Shown: in pieces, positions 1-12,909 of the stretch | Numbering within the stretch: the stretch's first letter is position 1 | How the letters are laid out: every line of letters starts with the position of its first letter | Assembly (NCBI GenBank): GCA_964016885.1 | Contig: OZ024761.1 | Span: 5,890,001-5,954,000 of the forward strand | Source of the DNA: Eledone cirrhosa | Lineage: Eukaryota | Direction: 5' to 3' | Length of the DNA: 64,000 bases | The notes under the pieces: model-generated | Told to the model about the DNA's origin: nothing | What the model saw: the letters and a program-made list of their open reading frames with translations, nothing else | Databases searched by the model: none | Position numbers and translations under genes: made by a program

Positions 1-104
1 ATTTGATGTATCATATCTACATGTATATATACTTGCGTATAATATCAATATACACACTACACAGGCCAGCAGAAAATCACCCGAAGAGTGGTTTTTCTGC
101 TAGT

Positions 105-300
105 AATAATAATTGTTTCTACTTTTGGCACAAGGCCAGCAATTACCTCAGTGTATTACTGGTACTTTATTTTATCAACCCCGTAAGGATGAAAGACAAA
201 GCTAACTTCGGCGTGATTTGAACTCAGACCGTAAAGGGCCATAGCTCTATGCCGCAAAGCATGGCCTCGACACTCTACCGATACTGTCAATCCACCGCCC
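105..300 (-). mobile_element. tRNA-derived SINE, family A (octopus-type)
   Basis: Minus strand has an A-box-like TTGACAGTATCGG, B-box GAGTTCAAATC, central CTTTCATCCTTACGGGGTTGATAAAATAAAGTACCAG and an (ATT)n tail; more than 12 copies in window. Confidence 0.85.
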
Positions 301-303
301 TTA

Positions 304-471
304 ACGCTAAATTATTATTAACAATAAACCGTATTTGCCGGCCTATTGGACGTCCCTTCGCATTTTTATATTTTACCTTTTATGTTGACGTTAATAGACA
401 CCGAAATGGACCACGTCTGATATTCGCGGTTTCTCTAGGAACGTAACTCAGTGAATACTGGGGGACAACTG
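304..471. mobile_element. Partial (right half) copy of the MITE at 11771-12274
   Basis: Colinear with 12075-12274 (GCTAAATTATTA...GACGTCCCTTCGCAT...ATGGACCA...TATTCGCGG...GAACGTAAC...GGGG..ACTG). Confidence 0.7.
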
Positions 472-490
472 TGTATATATATATTTACGT

Positions 491-492
<2 letters not shown>

Positions 493-575
<83 letters not shown>

Positions 576-1032
576 CGTTGCCATAACGACAGTAATGAGA
601 AGCTGATGATGGCGATAATGTCATGTGTCATAACAGTGATGTTCCATCTTTGACACTAATTAGTGGTGGTCAGTGGTGGTGGTGGTGGTGACAGTGGTGG
701 TCAGTGGTGGTGGTGGTCAGTGGTGGTAGTGGTGGTGGTGGTGACAGTGGTGGTCAGTGGTGGTGGTGGTGGTGGTGACTGGTGGTGGTGGTGGTGGACA
801 GTAGTGGTAGTGGTGGTGGTGGTCAGTGGTGGTCAGTGGTGGTGGTGGTGGTGACAGTGGTGGTGGTGGTGGTGGTGGTCAGTGGTGGTCAGTGGTGGTG
901 GTGGTGGTGATCGTGGTGGTGACAGTGGTAGTGGTGGTGGTGGTGGTGGTGACAGTGGTGGTGGTGGTGCTGGTATTGGTGGTCAGTTGTGGAGTGACAC
1001 AGATACAAACTGATGGGTGTATAGATACACAC

Positions 1033-1072
<40 letters not shown>

Positions 1073-1410
1073 ATATATAAATATAACGAAGGAGGTTTGG
1101 TAAGGAAGCAGATGGACCATAACGCACCAGAGTACTCAATACTTAGGGTAGTAGAGTGGGTAATAAAGAGAGAGGGGGGTGAGAGAGAGAGAGAGAGAGA
1201 GTTGAGACGAGAGAGAGAGAGTGTATTTATGGGAGAGAGAAAGAGAGTGTGTGTGGGAGAGAGAGGAAGAGTGAGAAAGAAAGAGAGAGAGGGAGTGGGA
1301 GAGAGAGAAAGAGAGCGAGAGAGAGAGAGAGGGAGAGAGAAAGAGAGAGTGTGGGAAAGAGAGAGTGTGCGAGAGAGAGACAGAGTGAGTGGGAGAGAGA
1401 GAGATAGACT

Positions 1411-1464
<54 letters not shown>

Positions 1465-1560
1465 TGACCACTATTTAGACTAGTGTATGACACAATCCGA
1501 AACCGTTTGGAGCCGAAATCGAGATGTTACACATCTCTCTCCCTCTGTCTCGTCTCAGTC

Positions 1561-1592
<32 letters not shown>

Positions 1593-1707
1593 GTCTCAGT
1601 CTCTCTCTCTCTCGTCTCAGTCTCTCTCTCTCTCTCGTCTCAGTCTCTCTCTCTCTCGTCTCAGTCTCTCTCTCTCTCGTCTCAGTCTCTCTCTCTCTCC
1701 CTCGTCT

Positions 1708-1749
<42 letters not shown>

Positions 1750-1788
1750 AGTCTCTCTGTCTCTCTCTCTCCCTCTCTTTCGTCTCAG

Positions 1789-1828
<40 letters not shown>

Positions 1829-1859
1829 TAGACTCTCTCTCTCTCACACTCTCGTCTCA

Positions 1860-1896
<37 letters not shown>

Positions 1897-1959
1897 TCTT
1901 TCTCTATCTATCTCTCCCTATATATACTGTGCTTGTTTGTAGTAGTATTAGTAGTGGTG

Positions 1960-1992
<33 letters not shown>

Positions 1993-1993
1993 A

Positions 1994-2051
<58 letters not shown>

Positions 2052-2152
2052 GGTAGTAGTAGTGGTAGTAGTGGTAGTGGTAGTAGTAGTAGCGCTAGTG
2101 GTAGTATTGGTAGTAGCGGTGGTAGTAGTAGAGGTGGTAGTAGTAGTAGTAT

Positions 2153-2185
<33 letters not shown>

Positions 2186-3100
2186 TGGTAGTAGTAGTAG
2201 TGGTGGTGGTGGTGGTAGTAGTAGGAGTAGTAGTAGTAGTGGTGGTAGTAGTAGTGGTGGTAGTAGTAGTAGTAGTTGTGGTGGTAGTAGTAGTGGTGGT
2301 AGTAGTGGTGGTAGTAGTAGTAGTAGTAGTAGTAATGGTAGTGGTTTCTCCTTTAATATCTAAGACATCGTCAGACAGGAATTATGGAGGACAGTCACGA
2401 CATATTTATACTTCACCTCCCTCTACCTCACCATCCTGTACACCACCACCACCATACTACCACAGCACCACCACCACCACCACCATACTACCACAGCACC
2501 ACCACCATACCACTACCACCATAACACCACCACACCACCACCGCACCACCACCACCACCATACTACCACCACCACCATACCACCACCACCACCACCACCA
2601 TACCACCACCACCACCACCACCATACCACCACCACCACCACCATACCACCACCACCATACCACCACCACCACCACCATACCACCACCACCATACCACCAC
2701 CACCACACCATACCACCACCACACCACCACCACCACCATACCACCACCACCACACCACACCACCACCACACCACCACACCACACCACCACCACACCACCA
2801 CCACACCACCACACCACACCACCACCACACCACCACCACACCACCACACCACACCACCACCACACCACCACCACACCACCACCACTACACCGTCCTATCT
2901 TGAGTCTCCGTTACATAGCTACATGTCGCCACAGTTGGATCGTTAATTCTCATTACAATGGATGATGGGGAATGTCGTGGTGGTGGTGGTGGTGTTGTTT
3001 TTGTTGTTGTTGTTTTTCTTGTTCATACCCCCCCCCCACACACACACACACTCCACACACACACACACACACACACACGCATATATATATATATACATAT
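493..3100. repeat. Compound microsatellite field: (GT)n, (GTG)n, (AC)n, (GA)n, (CT)n, (TAG)n, (CAC)n
   Basis: Directly visible; explains the low-complexity ORFs. Confidence 0.95.
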
Positions 3101-3172
3101 ACTATCCAGCAAATTTCGGACCGTTAAGGTGTGATTTCCATGGGTATGTCATTATTTATAAAACAAATTTTG

Positions 3173-3237
3173 TATTTTATCTGATGAAAGCGCACCAAGA
3201 TTGGCTTGGTCGCCCTTGAAATATATATAATAAAATA
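3173..3237 (+). ncRNA. Type I minimal hammerhead ribozyme, family A
   Basis: TATTTTAT-CTGATGA-stem II (AAGCGCACCAAG...CTTGGTCGCCCTT)-GAAA-TATATA-TA-ATAAAATA; stem I is 8 perfect bp. Confidence 0.8.
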
Positions 3238-3365
3238 AATATGGTTTTATAAATATAGTTTCCAGTTATTATCTTGTAATATTTACTCCAGTAACTTGTT
3301 GAGTGCTCTAAATCAGTTATAAACATTTATGTTTTTCGGAATTCCAACAAATTAATACAACTCCT

Positions 3366-3500
<135 letters not shown>

Positions 3501-3562
3501 AAGTACTTTCGTAGCGTGAAGGAAAGGAGAGTGCTCTATGTATGCTACAGAGCTATTTAATT

Positions 3563-3755
3563 ATGTAATAAACAACATAAGACAATTATTCCATTTACCA
3601 AAGGTTTCACCACGAAGACAGACGAGCTCAACAAAGACGTCTGAAGTCGGTCATATTTTCATTCTGGTGAGCGATATCAGACGTCACTGTTGGGTTCGTC
3701 TGTCTTCGTGAAACCTTTGGTAAATGGAATAATTGTCTTATGTTGTTTATTACAT
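3563..3755. repeat. Fold-back palindrome of HHR family B element, flanked by (TG)n/(TA)n
   Basis: ATGTAATAAACAACATAAGACAATTATTCCATTTACCAAAGGTTTCAC is present with its exact reverse complement ending at 3755. Confidence 0.9.
3657..3729 (+). ncRNA. Type I hammerhead, family B, A6G core variant
   Basis: TTTCATT-CTGGTGA-long stem II (GCGA..CAGACG...CGTCTG..TCGT)-GAAA-CC(TTT)GG-TA-AATGGAA. Confidence 0.6.
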
Positions 3756-3903
3756 ATATATATATATATATATTCGGTATACAAGGATGCAATACACTTC
3801 TAACACTCAACGTCATATCACTTCCTCAAAACAGGGGTGACGGAGTATAATAATAAAGAGGAAAATGCGAAGTTGAAGATGTTAGAGTACTTTATTTATT
3901 TGA

Positions 3904-3954
3904 GCTGTTATATATATTTCAATGACGATAAACATCGTGATCTCTTCAGACAGC
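3904..3954 (-). ncRNA. Type I minimal hammerhead ribozyme
   Basis: Minus strand: GCTGT-CTGAAGA-GATCACGAT(GTTT)ATCGTCATT-GAAA-TATATA-TA-ACAGC. Confidence 0.75.
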
Positions 3955-4367
3955 AAATATTGATTAAAAGGTAACAAGGGAGCGGACTAAAACAATCTGT
4001 CCGCCCCCTCTGGTTTCAGGTCATCCCGACAGCGCTGCGCAGTCGCAGAGGTGTGGGTGGTTGACCACTTAACCTACACCCAGAATACTACCAACGTCGT
4101 CTGTTCTCTCTGTCCACCAATCCCCCACCTCCTTGGCCGACAACTCGATATGGTCAGTGGGAGTTCAAGCCAGCCAAAATTTACTGCTAGCTTGGTAACC
4201 AGTAGGAATTCGGTGCATTTGTACCCACTATCTGTTTATGGGAGGATAATCACCCTGCAGCGAGAAAGTTCCCTTCTGCTCTCGAAAAAATTTCGAAATT
4301 TCAGACGTTAAAAGTTAGAAGTTAGGAGTCCAGACAACTGGGCAACAGTCAATATGCTAAGAATAAG

Positions 4368-5104
4368 AATAATTGTTTCTACTTTAGGCACAAGGCCAGC
4401 AATTATCCAGTGCATTACTGGTACTTTATTTTATCGACCCCGTAAGGATGAAAGGCAAAGTCAACCTCGGCGGGATTTGAACTCAGATCGTAAAGGGACG
4501 TAACTCTGCTGGAAAGCATGGCGTCCGACCCTCTACCGATACTGCCAATCCACCACTTTGAAAAAATAATTGTTTCTACTTTTGGCACAAGGCCAGCAAT
4601 TATCCAGTGCATTACTGGTACTTTATTTTATCGACCCCGTAAGGATGAAAGGCAAAGTCAACCTCGGCGGGATTTGAACTCAGATCGTAAAGGGACGTAA
4701 CTCTGCTGGAAAGCATGGCGTCCGACCCTCTACCGATACTGCCAATCCACCACTTTGAATAAATAATTGTTTCTACTTTTGGCACAAGGCCAGCAAGTAT
4801 CCAGTGCATTACTGGTACTTTATTTTATCGACCCCGTAAGGATGAAAGGCAAAGTCAACCTCGGCGGGATTTGAACTCAGATCGTAAAGGGACGTAACTC
4901 TGCTGGAAAGCATGGCGTCCGACCCTCTACCGATACTGCCAATCCACCACTTTGAAAAAATAATTGTTTCTACTTTTGGCACAAGGCCAGCAATTATCCA
5001 GTGCATTACTGGTACTTTATTTTATCGACCCCGTAACGATGAAAGGCAGAGTTAACCTCGGCGGGATTTGAACTCAGAATGGCAAGGGCCGTAACTCGAT
5101 GCCT
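4368..5104 (-). mobile_element. Head-to-tail array of SINE family A, 197-bp period, 3 full + 1 partial copy
   Basis: Near-identical units; ORF track repeats at 4415/4612/4809. Confidence 0.9.
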
Positions 5105-5149
5105 AACTCTAATATATATTTCTTTTGGATGTAGATACTTATTTGTTTA

Positions 5150-5602
5150 CAATATTGAAAAAATTGTCTTTATTCTAAAAATCCCCTCATACCTACAGCT
5201 GTTCCATTTGATGAGGCTTCAGTTTCCAGTCAAACTAAGTTTTGTTATTTCAATTAACAAATCTTACGGTCAATCCCTCAAGGTAGTTGGACTTCATCTC
5301 TCTACTACATGTTTCTCCCACGGTCAACTCTATGTTGGTTGCTCACGATTTGGAAGCAGCACCAATTTATTCATTTGGACATGAACAAAAAATTACACAA
5401 TGAATATTGTTTACACAGAGGTGCTTCAAGATTGACAGATTTTCATATCTAAATTCTATTATCATTACAATTTTGATTTAAAAAAAAAAAAATATAGGTA
5501 TTTGGAAATAATTATGAGAAAAAAAATATATCCTCATATTTATTGTTTACTAATCTGAATAAGAACAGCAGTAAAGCGATCAACGCCGGGTCATTCAGCT
5601 AG
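5150..5602 (+). mobile_element. Helitron 3' remnant (Pif1-type helicase C-terminus plus CTAG terminus)
   Basis: RLQFPVKLSFVISINKSYGQSLKVVGLHL...CFSHGQLYVGCSR matches Helitron helicase motifs V-VI; ends CAACGCCGGGTCATTCAGCTAG|T; frameshift and stop present. Confidence 0.9.
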
Positions 5603-5697
5603 TCTAAATATATATAAACCCGTAGAACAAATAGTTATTATTAGTACAGATTAAAGTCTAAGCAAGGAATCGCTGCTTAAACTTTAATCTGTACTAC

Positions 5698-5813
<116 letters not shown>

Positions 5814-6076
5814 GAAGTGGGAAGGAAATAACAATGTAACGCCCTATGGCCGTGTGCCGTGTGAGAAGCAGGCGAAACTACAGAGTAATAAGACTGTAGT
5901 TAACCTTAATAAAATGAGCATTTAAACTCTACTTCGGTATTGAGTACTCTTTTCTCTCAGCCGTCAACAACATACGGTTATGACATCAATACATAGATAC
6001 GTCGTCTCCGCTTATTATTATTAACACTCTGTTAGGGATATCGAAACTGGTGAAGAGCTAAACGTAGAATCGCACG

Positions 6077-7140
6077 CAGCTGAGTGGACTGGAGCAACGT
6101 GAAATAAAGTGTCTTGCTCAAGGACACAGTGGAGTGGAGCAACGTGAAATAAAGTGTCTTGCTTAAGGACACAGTGGACTGGAGCAACGTGAAATAAAGT
6201 GTCTGGCTCAAGGACACAGTGGACTGGAGCAACGTGAAATAAAGTGTCTTGCTTAAGGACACAGTGGACTGGAGCAACGTGAAATAAAGTGTCTGGCTCA
6301 AGGACACAGTGGACTGGAGCAACGTGAAATAAAGTGTCTTGCTTAAGGACACAGTGGACTGGAGCAACGTGAAATAAAGTGTCTTGCTTAAGGACACAGT
6401 GGACTGGAGCAACGTGAAATAAAGTGTCTTGCTTAAGGACACAGTGGACTGGAGCAATGTGAAATAAAGTGTCTTGCTGAAGGACACAGTGGACTGGAGC
6501 AATGTGAAATAAAGTGTCTGGCTCAAGGACACAGTGGACTGGAGCAACGTGAAATAAAGTGTCTTGCTGAAGGACACAGTGGACTGGAGCAACGTGAATT
6601 AAAGTGTCTGGCTCAAGGACACAGTGGACTGGAGCAACGTGAAATAAAGTGTCTTGCTTAAGGACACAGTGGACTGGAGCAACGTGAAATAAAGTGTCTT
6701 GCTTAAGGACACAGTGGACTGGAGCAACGTGAAATAAAGTGTCTTGCTTAAGGACACAGTGGACTGGATCAACGTGAAATAAAGTGTCTTGCTTAAGGAC
6801 ACAGTGGACTGGAGCAACGTGAAATAAAGTGTCTGGCTCAAGGACACAGTGGACTGGAGCAACGTGAAATAAAGTGTCTTGCTTAAGGACACAGTGGACT
6901 GGAGCAACGTGAAATAAAGTGTCTTGCTGAAGGACACAGTGGACTGGAGCAACGTGAAATAAAGTGTCTTGCTGAAGGACACAGTGGACTGGAGCAACGT
7001 GAAATAAAGTGTCTTGCTCAAGGACACAGTGGGCTGGAGCAACGTCTTGGTCAAGGGCACAGTACGCCGCCGGCGGGAATCGAACTCATCACCTTACGAT
7101 GGTCAACCGAATTCCCTAAGCACAAAGTCAGGCGCTTTCA
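6077..7140 (-). repeat. CORE-like SINE (family B) with its central segment expanded into about 21 x 45-bp minisatellite
   Basis: Unit GGACACAGTGGACTGGAGCAACGTGAAATAAAGTGTCTTGCTCAA; tRNA-like B-box (GAGTTCGATTCCC on minus) at about 7075-7087. Confidence 0.85.
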
Positions 7141-7436
7141 CACATGGTTGTTGTACAAATTAACTATACCCCGGATGATTGTTTGACGCGGGACTTCACA
7201 AAGCTTACACCGGTGTAGATGCGGTGACGCAATCAAAAGCGTCTTTTTGCCTGTGAACATGTGGTCGCAGTTTTAAACAGAAAATGCTTCTATGGACATA
7301 GTTCTTGCATGCGGTTCTATGTAAGTACATAATTATATGATACATACTATATGGTAGCTGGAACAATATAACTAGATATGTATTACACCACAAGGAATAT
7401 CTGTACACTTAATCTGAAATAATATTTTTGCTTTGT

Positions 7437-7626
7437 ATCGGACATGCTTTATAGTATATCGTTACGTCCCTCTACGGTCTAAGTTCAAATCCTGCCGAAG
7501 ATAGCTTTGCCTTTCATCCTTACATGGTCGATAAAATAAAGTACCTGTAACGCATTGGGGTAGGTTTAATCGACTTTACCATCCCCCGAAATGGTTTGCC
7601 TTGTCCCTAATTCAGAAACCATTATT
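7437..7626 (+). mobile_element. SINE family A, diverged subfamily
   Basis: AGTTCAAATCCTGCC...GCCTTTCATCCTTACATGGTCGATAAAATAAAGTACC...AGAAACCATTATT. Confidence 0.75.
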
Positions 7627-7734
7627 TCTGCTATCGCAAACAAGGTCCACCGTGTTTAGGTTCCCCTGTAACAATATTTTATTCACGGAAGAACTGTATA
7701 AATAACATTGCAAATAATTTAAAAAAACAGAGAA

Positions 7735-8305
7735 AAACACACAGAGGCAGGTAATACATATATCTAGGCCCACATACAACACACAGTCAGGTAATACACA
7801 CATCTAGGATCACATACAACACACAAGCAGGTAATACACACATCTAGGACTACATACAATACACCAGCAGGTAATACATACATCTAGGACCACATACAAC
7901 ACACCAGCAGGTAATACACACATCTAGGACCACATACAACACACAAGCAGGTAGTACACACATCTAGGACCACATACAACACACCAGCAGGTAATACACA
8001 CATCTAGGACCACATACAACACACCAGCAGGTAATACATACATCTAGGACCACTTCAACACACTTCTAGGACCACATGCAACACACAAGCAGGTAGTACA
8101 CACATCTAGGATCACATACAACACACCAGCAGGTAATACACACATCTAGGACCACATACAACACACAAGCAGGTAGTACACACATCTAGGACCACATACA
8201 ACACACATCTAGGACCACATACAACACACCAGCAGGTAATACACACATCTAGGACCACATACAACACACCAGCAGGTAGTACACACATCTAGGACCACAT
8301 ACAAC
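7735..8305. repeat. 40-bp minisatellite, about 14 copies
   Basis: Unit ACACATCTAGGACCACATACAACACACCAGCAGGTAATAC. Confidence 0.9.
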
Positions 8306-8686
8306 AAAAGGCAGGTTAAAGGGGTGGACAACGGAACCGCTACCAGAGCAAAAGATAACAATATCTTCTTTAACTTCGCATCTCATCCTTTATTTTCCTC
8401 ATATGTTTTTTCGCTATTTGAACGCTTGTCTGTGATATAACAGAACTAAGAGACTCACGTAACTTATCTGTCATCCTGACCATATTAGGGGAGATATTTT
8501 GTGACATGGAAATAATTAATTAATTTGTCTACTATATTACTTCTTCTGCTTGAGAGGATCGTGGCGGCATAGACTTCAAACACTAGTCCTCTCCTTGTTG
8601 AAAACTCCGAAGAAATAGTTTTGAGTAACGACCTTCCTATTCCTTCTGAATTATATTCTTTATCCTTACCCATACACACATATATA

Positions 8687-9200
8687 TCTATATATATAAA
8701 GTTGTATTCCTGTCTGTTTGTTTGTTTGTTCACGAGCTACGCCTATGGTTTTGGAGACAGACCCCCATAACCATATATATTCTGAAACTACATTGCCCAG
8801 GGTACTTGGATAAGTATATTTTATTTTAATCAAAGTGTTCCCCGGGGGCACAAAACCCCCGCTGAAAATGTTTTCCCTTTGATTTATATGAAATTTAAAC
8901 CATAGGTAAATGACAAGATATGATGCCTATTCACAAAAGTTTTGAATTGATATTTTGAAAAAAATTATTTACGAGAAAGAAAATAAGAATAAGATTTAAT
9001 AATGTAATTGTAATTTTGATTTGATATATTACAAAAAATAATGTTTTCCAATTTTCCCTGGATCACATTTTACATTGAGTAATATTGAAATGCAGAGTTT
9101 TTCATCAAAAATGATATCACTGATTTAAAATTAATCATTATTTTCTTACAAAAAAAAAAAAAATGTGTGAATCGCAGCAAGGCGCGAGTAATTCGGCTAG
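8687..9200 (+). mobile_element. Non-autonomous Helitron
   Basis: A|TCTATATATATAAAG start, (GTTT)n near the 5' end, subterminal hairpin TCGC...GCGA, CTAG|T end. Confidence 0.75.
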
Positions 9201-9304
9201 TGTATATATATATGTATATATATATATGTATTGAAGTTTCCGTTGAAAATTGAAAAAGTCATAGGAGTGAAGAGTGCTCTATGTAAGTACCAGAGCAAAA
9301 TTTA

Positions 9305-9506
9305 ATGTATAATAAACAATACAATATAATTACCTCATTATCAGAGGTTTCCCGAATAAGACGAATACGAAAAAAACGTCCCCATTCGTTCGTCGGACAA
9401 GGCAATACTTGTTATTGCCTTGTCCGACGAACGAATAAGGACGTTTTTCGTATTGTCTTATTCGGGAAACCTCTGGTAATGAGGTAATTATATTGTATTG
9501 TTTATT

Positions 9507-9512
<6 letters not shown>
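9305..9512. ncRNA. Palindrome with two divergent family-B hammerheads (9333-9402 minus; 9418-9484 plus), CCGACGA core
   Basis: CCTTGT-CCGACGA-ACGAATAAG...CTTATTCGG-GAAA-CC(TCT)GG-TA-ATGAGG; arms are reverse complements around a loop at about 9408-9412. Confidence 0.7.
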
Positions 9513-9555
<43 letters not shown>

Positions 9556-9572
9556 GTGTGTGTGTGTATATT

Positions 9573-10233
9573 ATAATTGTTTCTACTTTTGGCGGCACAA
9601 GGCCAGCAATTACCAGTGTATTACTGGTACTTTATTTTATCGACCCCATAAGGATGAAAGGCAAAGTTAACCTCGGCAGGATTTGAACTCAGACCATAAA
9701 GGGCCGTAACTCATTGCTACAAAGCATGGCGTCCGACCCTCTACTGATACTGCCAATCCACCGCATAATATATGGTAACTAATGACCATGGGGTTCATAC
9801 CTAGAAAGTTCCCTCTCCGAGGCACAAGTTCGGGCAAGGTTGTTTGTGGAAGACCAGCAGTGGACCATGCATAGTCTCCCCCTCTCCACCGATGATGTCC
9901 AAGGGAAAGGCAATGACTGATACCGTGACGTCACAACTCATTTCTACAGCTGAGTGAACTTCAGCAATGTGAAATAAAGTGTCTTGCCCAAGGACACATC
10001 ACACCGCCCGAATCGAAGTCATAAACTCACGATTGTAAGCCCAACGCTAATAATAATTGTTTCTGGCACAAGGCCAGCAATTATCCCAGTGCATTGTTGG
10101 TACTTTATTTTATCGACCCCGTAAGGATGAAAGGCAAAGTTAATCTCAGCAGGATTTGAACTCAGACCATAAAGGGCCGTAACTCTTTGCTGCAAAGCAT
10201 GGCGTCAAACTCTCTACCGATACTGCCAATCCA
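9573..10233 (-). mobile_element. SINE cluster: family A (9573-9763), family B CORE-like (about 9785-10050), family A (10051-10233)
   Basis: Same diagnostic motifs as the other copies. Confidence 0.8.
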
Positions 10234-10269
10234 TAACACTAGTACTGCCTCTTCGTTTTTCTGTTTTTT

Positions 10270-10466
10270 ATTGTTTACTTGCCCTGGAACCCTGACTCCA
10301 GCCTGACTAGGAGTAGGAAGCTGTCATTCCCTAACGTTATCTCTAGGGATACGGGAATCAGCAGACAGGACCTGGGGGCAGCGATGGGGGACAGGGAATT
10401 CTGGGGCATGAGAGTGAGATTCATCATCTCGACAGTAATCGACGAGTGAGGATGATGATGATGATG

Positions 10467-10468
<2 letters not shown>
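10270..10468 (+). mobile_element. 3' end of an RTE-clade LINE with (GAT)n tail
   Basis: Encodes RKLSFPNVISRDTGISRQDLGAAMGDREFW...* followed by GATGATGATGATGAT. Confidence 0.65.
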
Positions 10469-10498
<30 letters not shown>

Positions 10499-10522
10499 AT
10501 ACTTGGGGAGGGTCATATTGTT

Positions 10523-10902
10523 GTAATAATTGCTTCTACTTTAGGCACAAGGCCAGCAATTACCCAGTGCATTACTGGTACTTTATTTTATCGACCCCGT
10601 AAGGATGAAAGGCAAAGTCAACCTCGGCGGGATTTGAACTCAGACCGTAAAGGGACGTAACTCTGCTGGAAAGCATGGCGTCCGACCCTCTACCGATACT
10701 GCCAATTCAATAACAATAATTGTTTCTACTTTAGGCACAAGGCCAGCAATTACCCAGTGCATTACTGGTACATTATTTTATCGACCCCGTAAGGATGAAA
10801 GGCAAAGTCAACCTCGGCGGGATTTGAACTCAGATCGTAAAGGGACGTAACTATGCTGGAAAGCATGGCGTCCGACCCTCCACCGATACTGCCAATCCAC
10901 CG
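10523..10902 (-). mobile_element. Two tandem SINE family A copies
   Basis: Two full units, head-to-tail. Confidence 0.85.
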
Positions 10903-11272
10903 TTATTGTTGTAATAATATTGCCAGAAATAATAACAGAACACACTCAATGTTTGGTTGGTTTTCGCTTCTGTATCTTTTATATCTCCACAGTTAATTTA
11001 TTTGGTCCTCAATGTTTATCACTGACTGACCAGCGGTTAAAAATACAGTTATAAATATATATATATACATAGTCTAACAAAGTTCTTTCGTTGCACATTT
11101 GCAACATCATCAGTGGTACTATTGTGTTCCCTCCTATTGTATTGTATGTCTGCACAATTTTTATTTTATTTATCTATTTATTTATTTCTTCTTGTCTCCG
11201 TCTCTGCGCGTGCATTTGCGTGTGTGTACAATATTTGTTTCGACACACGGTTTCGTATCAAAAACCTTGCAA

Positions 11273-11327
<55 letters not shown>

Positions 11328-11426
11328 AGGGAGTGTAACATGAAGTTACTGTAGGTTCACCCAGGTGAGCACTCAATGTTTAGGTTCACGTCAGTGGCGA
11401 GGTGTAGAGCTAGACAGAGTGTAATA

Positions 11427-11580
11427 TAATTGTTTCTACTTTTGGCACAAGGCCAGCAATTACCCAGTACATTACTGGTACTTTACTTTATCGACCCCGT
11501 AAGGATGAAAGGCAAAGTTAACCTTGGCCGGATTTGAACTCAGAATGGCAAGGGCCGTAACTCTATGCGTCAAAGCATTG
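11427..11580 (-). mobile_element. SINE family A, 5'-truncated
   Basis: Diagnostic central motif and tail. Confidence 0.8.
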
Positions 11581-11739
11581 TAATATAATAATACATCTAC
11601 AGAGATCTGATGAGCTTTTTATTCCAGAGTCAGGCCAGATTGATACAGATCGAACCTTGAGCTGATCAGTTGCGAAACTCACGTCACCAATCAATAAACG
11701 TAATGAAGGAGTAACCATTCGTCCTTGTATTATAATTAT

Positions 11740-11770
<31 letters not shown>

Positions 11771-12274
11771 CAGTAGTGCCCCGGTATTCGCTAGGGTTAC
11801 GTTCTTAGAGCACCCGCGAATACTGGACGTGGTCCATAAAAATACCTATAAACGTCAAAATACAACGTAAAATATAATTAAAAAAAGGAGCGTCCAATAG
11901 GCCGGAAAATTCGGTATATTGTTATTATTAATTTAGCGTAAAATATATATATATATATTGCCAGGAAAAAAGCCTTAAAAACCCGCGGAATGTATTTGAT
12001 TCCGCGAATATACGGTGGTTTCCACAAATAGTTATTAGTTAGGTTCTAAAGAAAATTCCGTGAATAAACGGGAGCGCTAAATTATTAATAACTATATACC
12101 GTATTTGTCAGCCCATTAGACGTCCCTTCGCATAAGACGCTCCTTTTTTAATTATATTTTACGTTATATTTTGACGTTTATAGGCTTTTTTATGGACCAA
12201 GTCCAATATTCGCGGTTTTTAACTCTTCGCATGTGCTGAAGAACGTAACCCTCGCGAATGCAGGGGCACTAATG
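11771..12274. mobile_element. Tc1/mariner/pogo-type MITE with long imperfect TIRs, inserted in (TA)n
   Basis: CAGTAGTGCCCC...GGGGCACTAATG termini; inverted arms of about 170 bp; TA flanks. Confidence 0.8.
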
Positions 12275-12284
12275 TATATATATA

Positions 12285-12847
12285 TATATATATATATAAA
12301 ACTGAGGATGTCTGTCTGTGTGTGTGTGTTTGAGTTTGAATCCCTAAAACTCGAGAAGTACCCAACCGATTTTTTTTTTATCCCCTAGGGTCCACATTAG
12401 GTTAAAAACTGCGTTTTTTATTCAGGTTTTTAGGGGCTTTTTGAGGCGTTACGTCAGACCGATTTCCTTGAAATTGTAACTATGTATTAGTCAGTCTCTT
12501 CTTCATACCGTGAGCAAAGAAAATCCATCTTTTTATGGCCTAGGGCCCGCATTAAGTGAAAACTTCATTTTTTCAGCTTTTGGAGGCTTTTTTGAGGCGT
12601 TACGTTTAGCAGATTTTTCCCGAAATTTCAAGGCATATTATGCACATAAAAGAAATTAACGCATTAGGTGAAAACCTGCATTTTTCCTGCTTCATAGAGG
12701 AAAATCTTAAAGATTATCCAGCCATCAGAGTATTCGGTTTATTTTCTTTTCATATTGTCCAGGCATGCAATTTTTCCACGATTAGGTCTGTTGACGGCCC
12801 GCGTTCCAAAATAACTTATCCCGTGCAACTCCGGGTACCACTGCTAG
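12285..12847 (+). mobile_element. Non-autonomous Helitron
   Basis: TATATATAAAACTGAGGATGTCTGTCTG 5' region, AACCGATTT motif, CCCGTGCAACTCCGGGTACCACTGCTAG|T end. Confidence 0.75.
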
Positions 12848-12909
12848 TATATATATATATATATATATATATGTGCGTGTGTGTGTGAAATCTTGAACAC
12901 TGAAGCACA

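Noticed and set aside
105-300. tRNA genes suggested by A/B boxes
   Set aside because: No cloverleaf; these are SINE heads
4051-4311. VDHLTYTQNTTNVVCSLCP, faintly like a PLE GIY-YIG zinc-knuckle region
   Set aside because: No YIG motif; similarity too weak to call
6077-8305. CRISPR-like regular arrays (also 59467-60000, 54560-55325)
   Set aside because: No unique spacers, no cas genes, eukaryotic context
11604-11692. CTGATGAGC...GCGAAACTCACGTC hammerhead-like core
   Set aside because: Stem I does not pair (AGAGAT versus ACCAAT) and the intervening region has no clear stem II; at best a decayed copy
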